The notes under the pieces: generated by a model
The model's database searches: none
What the model was told of the DNA's origin: nothing
Seen by the model: the letters and a program-made list of their open reading frames with translations, nothing else
In this document: piece after piece, positions 1 through 8,274 of the stretch
Numbering within the stretch: the first letter of the stretch is position 1
Layout of the letters: the number at the start of each line of letters is the position of its first letter
Source of the DNA: Octopus sinensis
Lineage: Eukaryota
Assembly (NCBI RefSeq): GCF_006345805.1
Contig: NW_021826535.1
Coordinates: 1 to 12,545 of the forward strand
Direction of reading: 5' to 3'
DNA: 12,545 nt
Position numbers and translations under genes: made by a program

Positions 1-950
1 TATTGCCAATAGACTTTTGCCATCAGCGGTAGCTTGCCAGCCCGGAACGTAAAAGCCTGGCAAACTAGAGTCAATAATATCTTGGAAGGCCTTTCTGCAG
101 CACAGTCGGAATTAATTTTTTTCCTATCAAAAAAGTATCCAAGACTTAAGAAGAAGTTGTAGTCAGGCGGGGCAAGATCAGGTGATCCGATGGAGGAACT
201 TCCAACCCGTGTAGCTTCGCCAATGTCATTTTTGCGATATGTGGCTGGCGTTGTCTTGCAATAAAAATAAGAGTGGATCTGATGACTGATCTAGGCTGTT
301 TTATTCTTGTAAGTTTCTGCATCATTTGGTCCAGTTGGCTGCAGTATACTTCGGCCGTGACTGATGAGCCAGATTTAATGAAATCATAATGGATCATACC
401 TACATCAGACCGCCAAACCCACATCACCAGCTTCTTGTGATGAATTTTGCTTTTTGGAGTGTGATTTGGTGGCTCGTCTTTGTCCAACCATTGTGCTGAA
501 CGTTAACGGTTGTTGTATTGGATCCATTTCTCATTACATGTTACAATTCGATTGAAAAATGATTCATTTTTGTAACGAGAAGTAGCATAATGCAGGCTTC
601 CAAATGTTTCTGTTTCTGATTTTCATTGAGCGCATATCGAACCCATTTATCCAACTCCTTCACTTTACAGATTTGAACTAGGTGAGTCAATATTGTTTGC
701 TTGCTAACACCAAACAACAACGATAACTCACGGGCACTTTGAAAGGATCTGACTCGACGATGGCTTTCAGTTCGTCATTATCCACTTTTGTTTCTTGCCG
801 ACCGCGTTGCTCATTTGTGAGGTAAAAGTTACCAGAACGAAATTTTGCAAACCAATTTGATACTCCATTAATATTCTGAGCTGTCTGTGATGTTGTATTT
901 TCAAGCAAGAACTCGCTTTTCAAAACTGTACAAATTTCCGACTTATCCAT
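1..950 (-). pseudogene. mariner transposase pseudogene
   Basis: Pieces read MDKSEICTVLKSEF..WFAKFRSGNF..KVDNDELKAIVESDP, VTCNEKWIQYNNR*RSAQWLDKDEPP..KKL, LLQDNA, SPDLAPPDYNFF and KLPL.WQKSIGN. These match the mariner TCDEKW, DNARPH and YSPDLAPxD motifs. There are frameshifts, an in-frame stop and Asp>Asn at the first catalytic residue. Confidence 0.92.
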
Positions 951-1135
951 CTCCAAACAAAAATAGCAAAAAGCGATTTATAAATACTTTATAAAGCGCA
1001 AAATGAGCTAGAATAAGGAAATAGACGTGTCAGCTTTCTAACAAAATATAAAGATTATCAAATATAATAATAAAAATGAGCAGCTGTCAAACTTTACCAT
1101 TTACCAGACAACAAATTTCATACTTGACGACCTAA
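1..1135 (-). mobile_element. Tc1/mariner (DD34D) DNA transposon, decayed; 3' end runs off the window
   Basis: Minus strand begins TA|TTAGGTCGTCAAGTATGAAATTT (TA at 1136-1137, mariner-like TIR start), followed by a short leader and a transposase remnant running to base 1. The partner TIR is outside the window. Confidence 0.9.
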
Positions 1136-1324
1136 TACATCAACTTGCCTAACTTGCTTATCCTTTATATATATTATCTCTTACACTGCATGTTTCGAAA
1201 TAATGTTTTGCCTTGATCAAAACCCCCGTTTCTAATATTGCAGTTATGACTTCATCCACCCAAACAGCCCAACAAATTTGTTTGAATGAACAGTATTCCT
1301 AGTGGTCAGTAACAGCATTTTGTA

Positions 1325-1326
<2 letters not shown>

Positions 1327-1366
<40 letters not shown>
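1327..1366. repeat. (TG)20 microsatellite
   Basis: Read directly. Confidence 0.97.
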
Positions 1367-1368
<2 letters not shown>

Positions 1369-1426
1369 TGCCGACAGTCATTTTTGGGTGTCTTTGACTG
1401 CGTCTTTCGTGTTTATGTGAATGCCA

Positions 1427-1446
1427 TGTGTGTGTGTGTGTGTGTG
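1427..1446. repeat. (TG)10 microsatellite
   Basis: Read directly. Confidence 0.95.
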
Positions 1447-1625
1447 TACGTGCATGTGTGTAAACGCATTTGTGTATGCATATATGTAGGTTTCTCATGT
1501 GCATATGCCGCTGACTGCATGTGTTTCGGTCGTGAATCTATGAGCGTGGACCTGCCGTGAGTCGGTGCCTGCGTTTTTAATGTATGTGTATTTGTACGCC
1601 CATGTACGCGTCCATGTTTATATAC

Positions 1626-1656
1626 GTGTGTGTGTGTGAGAGAGAGAGAGAGAGAA

Positions 1657-1693
<37 letters not shown>

Positions 1694-1716
1694 GACAGTC
1701 ATAGACAGACAGACAG
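1626..1716. repeat. compound (GT)n(AG)n(AGAC)n microsatellite
   Basis: Read directly. Confidence 0.95.
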
Positions 1717-2308
1717 AGGAAGAGAGTATAAATATCTGTGTGCATGTACGCATTTGTCTGTTGTTACAAGAAAATAAGTTATAAAGATAACTTTTAAGAG
1801 ATACGTTGGATGAGCGACAAAAGAAATGTAAGAATAAGAAGCCGAGGTAGAACCAGGGAAAGTGTGTATTATTGCAGAATTCAGTGTGTGTAGAGCAAAG
1901 TTTATTGATTGAGACTCTGACAGCCAGTAAATCCGGATAATAAGCCAACAGCTACCAAAAACAATTAGTAGATAAGTCACTGGAAGCGAAAAATCTTAAA
2001 ATACTATCGAACCGAACGAATGACAAGATGGCTGAGAAAATATTTCAGAGAAGATGCCATTCCGTGTGAATCATGGCAAGAATTTTCTGAGAAAACAAAT
2101 TGATTCAATCTGATTCCTTCCTCTTGTCCTCTACTTCAGACTTAGAATTTGGTTAGTGCTTAGTGCTGCATTTTAGTACTTCAGATGACATGGGTCCGTT
2201 TGTTTGAGCTGTTGCTGGCTGTTTAGGTAAACAAAAGAAAAAAGGGTGTGTTTGTATGTGTTCCTCCTTCTTCGGGTGCGAATGTGTTTGAATGTGAGTG
2301 CGTGGTTT

Positions 2309-2384
2309 TACGTGCGTGCATGTGTATGTGTATACACACATGTATACATGCATATACATGTATATATATATATATGTGTGTGTG

Positions 2385-2423
<39 letters not shown>

Positions 2424-2580
2424 GTATTGTGTGTACATGTATATACAAATATGTGTATACATGCATATATATGTACACATGCGTATGTGTATATATTTAT
2501 ATAGACAGTTATATGTATACATGTGCATGTATACATACATATGTATGTATATACAGTCATCACTATGTGTATACACATGT
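2309..2580. repeat. degenerate TA/TG/CA alternating purine-pyrimidine tract
   Basis: Mixed TA, TG, CA and CG dinucleotides; strict Y-R alternation over 2309-2415. Confidence 0.93.
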
Positions 2581-2803
2581 TTATTACGTCTGCGTTCCAG
2601 GTCTAAGGGTATCGTATGAGGTACAATGTCATTCGTTTCGAATGAGATAACTTGTCGCTAGAATTACCCATTGTGTCCATACTAAGGCGTGGGGGATGGG
2701 ATCTGTTGTTGTTATTATTTAGCGACAAAATGACCGATGATGCATCGAACGGTGGCGTACTGACAGGACACCGGATATGTTGTGTTATTAAAAGGTTCCA
2801 AAA

Positions 2804-2828
2804 GGCGGCGAACTGCGAGAATCGTTAG
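2804..2828 (+). mobile_element. 5' head fragment of SINE family C
   Basis: GGCGGCGAACTGCGAGAATCGTTAG resembles GGCGGCGAGCTGGCAGAAACGTTAG at 9733 and stops at a T10 run. Confidence 0.6.
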
Positions 2829-2979
2829 TTTTTTTTTTCGTTTGTTTGTTCCTTCTCGAGATATGCCTGGCTCATTAAGGGTGGTTTCCCGGTTTCCAGT
2901 TTCCATCTACCAAATCCACTCACAAGACCTTCGTCGGCCCGAGGCTATAGTAGACACTTGCCCAAGATGCGATACAGTG
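2829..2979 (-). mobile_element. chimeric SINE: family-B core joined to family-A1 3' tail, with A10 tail
   Basis: 2897-2979 is the reverse complement of the family-B core at 3025-3110. 2840-2897 is the reverse complement of the A1 tail at 5909-5964. T10 at 2829-2838 reads as poly(A) on the minus strand. Confidence 0.8.
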
Positions 2980-3378
2980 TGGTAAGTAGTTTGTTTACCA
3001 ACCACATGGTTCCGGGTTCAGTCCCACTGCGTGGCACCTTGGGCAAGTGTCTTCTACTATAGCCTCGGGCTGACCAAAGCCTTGTGAGTGGATTTGGTAG
3101 ACGGAAACTGAAAGAAGCCCGTCGTATATATGTATATATCTATCTATATATGTGTGTGTGTGTGTGTGTGTATGCTTGTATTTGTCCCCCCAACGTCGCT
3201 TGACAACCGATGCTGATGTGTTTATGTCCCCGTAACTTAGCGGTTCGGTAAGAGGAGCCCGATAGAATAAGTACTAGGCTTACAAAGAATAAGTCCCGGG
3301 GTCGTGTTGCTCGATTAAAGGCGGTGCTCCAGCATGGCCACAGTCAAATGACTGAAACAAGTAAATGAGTAAATGAGA
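2977..3378 (+). mobile_element. tRNA-derived SINE, family B, nearly full length with internal (TA)(TG) microsatellite
   Basis: B-box-like GGTTCAGTCCC at 3015-3025, core GGCAAGTGTCTTCTACTATAGCCTCGGG...GGAAACTGAAAGAAGCCC, microsatellite at about 3125-3172, 3' end GACTGAAACAAGTAAATGAGTAAATGAG. Homologous segments recur at 7651-7806 and 8273-8472. Confidence 0.88.
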
Positions 3379-3380
3379 GT

Positions 3381-3436
3381 GAGAACGAACCTGGAACTAT
3401 GTGGTTGGCAAGCCAGCTTCTTACTAGACAGCCACG
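3381..3436 (-). mobile_element. family-B SINE head fragment, antisense
   Basis: GAACCTGGAACTATGTGGTTGGCAAGCCAGCTTCTTAC is the approximate reverse complement of GTAAGTAGTTTGTTTACCAACCACATGGTTCCGGGTTC at about 2982-3019. Confidence 0.75.
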
Positions 3437-3599
3437 ACTTGACCGGAGAAAGAAAACCGAAAACCTAGCAAGCATTTGTCGGTGGCTTAACGTCGACTGA
3501 GGCAGGATTTGCACGAAAGATTCTCATTACTGGCACAAATCTCTTACATATTGTTGGGTTAGGTTTCCAATCGATAATATCGATTCCTTACATAGCTGA

Positions 3600-3645
3600 A
3601 GGCCACAGATTTGAAAGCAGTTATTGTCGATTATATCGACACTAG
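3600..3645 (-). mobile_element. degenerate family-C SINE fragment
   Basis: GTCGATTATATCGACACTAG matches the reverse complement of the family-C GGGGTCGATATAATCGACT segment. The upstream GGCCACAGATTTG resembles 9357-9370. Confidence 0.5.
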
Positions 3646-3825
3646 CATAAAGCTCGTGTGTGTGTTTTTACGACTCCACCGGAAAGAAGAGTCGATTCGG
3701 TTCAGAATGCATAAAGGGACGTAATTAAGGTATTTCGTTTCGTACTTTACCAGTTCTGCCATCAACCACCAGCTTTGAAGTATAAGAATAAAAATAATAG
3801 TTGCGAATTTTGACGCAGAGAACGG

Positions 3826-3935
3826 TGATCAACTGGTACTTATTTTATCGACCTTAAAAGGATGAAAGGCAAAGATGACATTGGCGGTATTCGAATGCAA
3901 AGAACAGGAAGAAAATGCCGCTAAGCATTTTAACG
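3826..3935 (-). mobile_element. degenerate family-C SINE, antisense
   Basis: AACTGGTACTTATTTTATCGACCTTAAAAGGATGAAAGGCAAAG...GGCGGTATTCGAA...AAATGCCGCTAAGCATTT approximates the reverse complement of about 9768-9873. Confidence 0.8.
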
Positions 3936-3959
3936 ATTTCTAAAACAGACGAAATTGGG

Positions 3960-4155
3960 TCATGATTTATCTAATTCGTCCGCAAGCTTATGGATACATA
4001 ATAATACTCAAGTTTCTAAGTAATCACAAAGATGTGCACGACCACCCTTGGACGGTTTTGAATGACCATAGAAAGTGCGAGCCCTCTAACTGAAAAATTG
4101 TAGATTTGTATAAAGGACACACACAGACAGACATTTTGCCGTTTATGTATAGAGA
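3960..4155 (-). mobile_element. probable 5' portion of a second non-autonomous Helitron
   Basis: Minus strand starts A|TCTCTATACATAAACGGCAAAATGTCTGTCTGTGTGT, the same architecture (TC start, TATA stretch, GTCT/GT repeat) as the 5' end of the 4168-4463 element. No 3' hairpin-CTAG was found, so the left boundary is a guess. Confidence 0.45.
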
Positions 4156-4167
4156 TAATATAATATA

Positions 4168-4463
4168 CTAGCAGTATCGCCCGGCGTTGCTCGGGTTTGT
4201 AAGGGAAATAACTATATAAGCATTTTTAGAGAGTTATAGCCAAAAAATAGGAAAAAAATGCATTAAAAATGGAAAAAAAATTAAGGTAAATTTTTTTTAA
4301 ATCGTAGACTCATCGTAGACGCGCGCTAATACCCAGAAGGGCTCGATATGACTCACGACTATAAGATACCCGGTTTTGGTTACACTGCACCGCAAAATGT
4401 GGGAGTAGTTACGAATCTAAATCGTAGGAGACAGACACACAACTTCAGTTTTATATATAAAGA
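4168..4463 (-). mobile_element. non-autonomous Helitron, 296 bp
   Basis: On the minus strand it starts 5'-TC (4463-4462) and ends CTAG-3' (4171-4168), with a GC-rich hairpin CCCGAGCAACGCCGGG (4180-4195) 8 nt before the CTAG. It is flanked by A (5') and T (3') with no TSD. These are the canonical Helitron termini. Confidence 0.85.
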
Positions 4464-4575
4464 TATAAGTCACGTAGTTATATACACATACTTTGTTACA
4501 TACACATTCTTAAAAGAAAATGTTATTTTGAACACAACATTTATAAAGAATAAAATATTTTTTGGTTTTTCTTAA

Positions 4576-5300
4576 CCCTTTCGTTACTATATTTCTGACC
4601 AAAATACACCCCTTATGTGTTTCAATTATTTTCTAACGTAATCATAAATTTAGTCTGGTTTCATTAAACAACAATAACTTTTTTATATATCAATATATTA
4701 ATGTGATTTTTGGAAGATAATTTAATGAAATGTTCTCAACCAATTCTATACTATAATTTTTGTCACAAAGTGACTCTAATTGCAGGTAGATACAGGTAAA
4801 TTCAACAATATATAAAATTATTAAAATTTTGTTCAAACATCGCTATAGAAAATGGGTTATTAGCTAATATTCAGTTGGGTATACAACAAAATTTTACGAT
4901 AGAATTTGTTATTCTGGGTAACCCATAAAATATTTATGGCAAAATAGGCCTTAATTTCATTTAAGGTTGTGGGAAATAACAAACTATCCTTTCTTTCGTT
5001 TTGTTTACATTTTAGCGTAACAGTTCGTTTTCGCCGTAATGATTTCAAATAGGCTCATTCGAAAAAGTAAAAAGAAATAGTTTAAGGCTTTACTCTTCTG
5101 GGAAAGTCTGTGGCTTGGTGCAGTTTCTTCAGAAAAATCACCGAAAGAAACAGTTTTTAAATTTTCACTCCATTCAGGTACCAATTCATTTTCTTAATCG
5201 CTGTCGGATTCACTGTTTTCACTTTAATAGTTGCAAACTTGCAAAGAGAAAGGAGGAGAAGGGTGATAGCGTCAGTGAAACAGTTCGCTCCGTTTGTGTG
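4576..5300 (-). mobile_element. piggyBac-type DNA transposon remnant, one terminus visible
   Basis: TTAA (4572-4575) followed by CCCTTTCGTTAC is a piggyBac-style end, and a PGBD-like peptide remnant lies at 4921-5220. No matching GTAACGAAAGGG-TTAA was found, so the right boundary is approximate. Confidence 0.7.
4921..5220 (-). pseudogene. piggyBac (DDE_Tnp_1_7/PGBD-like) transposase N-terminal remnant
   Basis: Translation: acidic ENSESDSD*ENELVPEWSENLKTVSFGDFSEETAPSHRLSQKSKALNYFFLLFRMSLFEIITAKTNCYAKM*, then frameshift to KDSLLFPTTLNEIKAYFAINIL, then ATG GGT (MG). This matches the PGBD 'FxLFF..I...TNxYA' and 'TxxEIKAFxGIxILMG' motifs. Confidence 0.78.
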
Positions 5301-5658
5301 TGTGTGCGTTTGCGTGCGCTGTAGCCCACACTAAGAAAAACATTTGACATATACACCACAATGTGAGTTTTCTCTAAATTTTGCTTAATTGGGGCTGAAA
5401 TTTTAAAAACTGGACCTGGCACGACCCGATGCATTCTACTCTTAAAAATGCTAGATAAATTGTAATTGAAGAAATCCTATATTGTAGATTTCTATAAGAT
5501 ACAAAGGGAGGCAGATAAAATCTGCCTTTTATAATAAGAGATATGTAAGTGAACTGACGAAAGAGAGTAGCAATCAACAAATGTGATTGGAGCAATAAAG
5601 ATATAACAAGTTAACTCAGCTTCACATTTCTTATTTCCTAAGGTGCAGATAAGCAGCT

Positions 5659-5964
5659 GTGTGGAGGCACATGGCCTAGTGGTTAGAGCAGCGGACACAC
5701 GGTCGAGGGATCGCGGGTTCGAATCTCAGACTGGACGGTGTGTGTGTTTATGAGCGAAACACCTAAGCTCCACGCGGCTCCGGCAGAAGGTAATGGCAAA
5801 CTTCTGCTGACTCTTTCACCACAACTTTCTCTCACCCTTTCCTCCTGCATCTTGCAGCTCACCTGCGATGGACCGACGTCCCGTCCAGGTGGGGAACCTA
5901 TACGCCAAGGAAACCGGGAAACCGGCCCTTATGAGCCAGGCATGGCTCGAGAAGGAACAAACAA
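5659..5964 (+). mobile_element. full-length tRNA-derived SINE, family A (tail type A1), with 13-bp TSD
   Basis: A box TGGCCTAGTGG (5672-5682), B box GGTTCGAATC (5716-5725), AAC-type tail, TSD CAGATAAGCAGCT at 5646-5658 and 5965-5977. Confidence 0.93.
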
Positions 5965-6244
5965 CAGATAAGCAGCTATATATTCTGATGCTTGGAGTTA
6001 CTGTGTATGTGGATATGTGTGTGTGTGTGCGAGCGCAAATTATATACATATACACCGACGCCGTACACAGGGTTTTCCAAGAATTTTTGCCTTCAGTCGT
6101 AAAACAACGCATCCCGACAAACTAACGCATACACCACATCCTGGAACATTGATGCACATTCACGGAACACTTGTCTCACAAAAATTCAATTCTTTGTTAT
6201 TGTTCCATCGTGACACGAAGTCTTTTGGTCGGATTGCCTTCTTT

Positions 6245-6368
6245 CTTTATCCCCCACCTCCCTCTCTTCCACCACTACTTTCAAATGTAGCTTCACCACC
6301 ACCATCGCCATACTTCCACTATAACTGCCACACGAACCGCCGCCGCCACCACCGCCACCACCACCACC

Positions 6369-6399
<31 letters not shown>

Positions 6400-7110
6400 C
6401 CACTACCACCACCACCATCATCATCACCATCATCATCACCTTCATCATCATCATCATCACTACCACCACCGCCACATCTAACTCCACCATCTCTGGCTTT
6501 TCCCGCCCCCCCTGCTACTAATACCAACACCAGTTACGCCTTTACCACCCCCTACTGCTACCACAACCATTACTGCATCCACTATTACCACCCCCACTAC
6601 CACCACCTCTACCAACGCCGCCACTACCGTCTTTACCTCCACCGTCCTTACTACCAACATCCCCACCACCACAAACACCAATAGTCATTCGTCCTACCAT
6701 GACACCCGCCTCGTTACCATCACACTCTCTAACTCAACCGCCACCACACCCAGCATAGTGCCACCACCCCCTCCAATACTTTTAATGTTTTCCTCACCAA
6801 CACCACCACCACCACCCTCTTTCTACTAAGCTTTCATCACCGTCATCATCACTATCATCATCACCATCACAACCAATGCCCATCCCCGCCTTGTCACCGA
6901 CTCCACCCCACCAATATTTCACCACCACCACCACCACCACTACCATGGTCAAACAACTGAATAAAATGAAATTGACGTTTACGATATGTTGTAAAATAAA
7001 ATCAATCCCCTTCCTCCTCCTGATCATCCTCATCATCATCACCACTGCTATTATCACCACCGCATCACTATCGGCATCATCATCATCGACATCATTACCA
7101 CCATCATCAG
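6245..7110. repeat. low-complexity (CAC/CAT/ACC)n trinucleotide-derived tract
   Basis: Purest CAC/CAT runs at about 6340-6470, degenerate ACC/ACT/CCA repeats to about 6960, and CAT repeats at about 7020-7110. Confidence 0.9.
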
Positions 7111-7124
7111 TATCAGCAGTAACA

Positions 7125-7492
7125 GAAGGCGCAATGGCCCAGTGGTTAGGGCAGCGGACTCGCGGTCGGAAGATCGCGGTTTCGATTCCCAGACCGGGCG
7201 TTGTGTGTGTTTATTGAGCGAAAACACCTAAAGCTCCACGGGGGTGGTGGCGACCCCTGTTGTACTCTTTCGCCCCAACTTTCACTCTTTTTTCCTGTTT
7301 CTTGTCCCCGACTTCCTATGCAACCGCTGAGCCTGGATGCGCATTCATCCATCCGTCGATGCTCTCGGTGTCGGGGGTTGACCTGCTTTCTCTTCTGCGG
7401 GTCGTACGAATAGCAAAGGACCACGAGGCGCGATCTTGCGAGCTCTGGGACGAAGACTGCTTCGCTCAACAAACAAACAAACAAACAAACAG
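7125..7492 (+). mobile_element. full-length tRNA-derived SINE, family A (tail type A2), with 13-bp TSD
   Basis: A box TGGCCCAGTGG (7135-7145), variant B box GTTTCGATTCC, (AAAC)n tail at about 7468-7491, TSD ATCAGCAGTAACA at 7112-7124 and 7493-7505. The 5' ~180 nt align with the element at 5659. Confidence 0.93.
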
Positions 7493-7650
7493 ATCAGCAG
7501 TAACAACAATAATATTTATCATATGAAGACATGAGCCAGCAAAGAAGTGTTTCTATACACATTGCCTTACACCACAGCTCAACATTAATGGATCAGAGAA
7601 CGTAAAAGGAACGTACAGAGTCAATTTTAAGTTTGAACCCCACTTCATTT

Positions 7651-7806
7651 GGACGCAGGCATGGCTTGCGAAGCCTACTTCCCAACCATATAGCCCCAGG
7701 TTCAATCCCACTGCGCGGCACCTACGGCAAGTGTCTTCTATTACAGCCTCGGGCCGATCAAAGCCTCGCAGGTGGATTTGGTACACGGAAACTGAAAGAA
7801 GCCCAT
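7651..7806 (+). mobile_element. family-B SINE 5' half
   Basis: Head GGACGCAGGCATGGCT, B box GGTTCAATCCC (7699-7709), core homologous to 3025-3120; ends at (CA)12. Confidence 0.85.
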
Positions 7807-7830
7807 CACACACACACACACACACACACA
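7807..7830. repeat. (CA)12 microsatellite
   Basis: Read directly. Confidence 0.95.
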
Positions 7831-7896
7831 TTATCCTGCGTTTGAGAATTTAAAAAAAATCACTTTCTAAGACATCTCAACACTTTTAAAGCAAAC

Positions 7897-7938
<42 letters not shown>
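7897..7938. repeat. (TTA)14 microsatellite
   Basis: Read directly. Confidence 0.95.
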
Positions 7939-7940
<2 letters not shown>

Positions 7941-8094
7941 CTATTATTCCTTCGTAACACAGTGTAGGTAAGAATACACCGGAGTCTTTAGTTATCTGTC
8001 AAGTCACAACAAGGACCTCAGACAGATAATACTTTAAAATGCGCTGTGCCCAATAAGGGTGCTTTTTGCACATCAATCTTGCATGGGATTTCCG

Positions 8095-8121
<27 letters not shown>
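8095..8121. repeat. (ATT)9 microsatellite
   Basis: Read directly. Confidence 0.95.
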
Positions 8122-8124
<3 letters not shown>

Positions 8125-8125
<1 letters not shown>

Positions 8126-8233
8126 TGGCCTGCTCGCTTAGCCAGCGGGGTGGCGTCATTAGAAGGCTAAAACAATGCAAAGCGCATTGTGACCAGCGAT
8201 GTGTAGCAACATCTCATAGCCTGGTCGGTCACG

Positions 8234-8236
<3 letters not shown>
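8125..8236 (+). mobile_element. probable 5'-truncated SINE/LINE 3' tail fragment between microsatellites
   Basis: GC-richer island TTGGCCTGCTCGCTTAGCCAGCGGGGTGGCGTCA...GGTCGGTCACGGTG that I recall as a common octopus interspersed repeat. It has no second copy in the window, so the call rests on recall. Confidence 0.5.

Positions 8237-8272
<36 letters not shown>
8237..8272. repeat. (AT)18 microsatellite
   Basis: Read directly. Confidence 0.95.

Positions 8273-8274
<2 letters not shown>

Noticed and set aside
1970-2103. Short stop-free stretch reading ISHWKRKILKYYRTERMTRWLRKYFREDAIPCESWQEFSEKTN
   Set aside because: About 44 codons, with no convincing splice acceptor and no recognisable homology; within chance expectation.
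1244-2650. Many overlapping ORFs (MCVCVC..., HTHTH..., YIYIY...)
   Set aside because: Translations of dinucleotide microsatellites; no domain-like content.
2652-2728. 9-bp inverted repeat TTGTCGCTA / TAGCGACAA
   Set aside because: Too short, no TSD, and the arms do not extend; likely chance.
5659-5735. tRNA-like heads here and at 7125, 7651 and 9733 as tRNA genes
   Set aside because: They have A/B boxes but continue into SINE bodies with tails (and TSDs at 5659, 7125 and 9733), and I could not build a full cloverleaf.
6186-7217. Gly/Asp-, Val/Met- and Thr/Ile-rich ORFs in other frames of the low-complexity tract
   Set aside because: Alternative readings of the same trinucleotide repeats; several frames being open at once indicates a compositional artefact.
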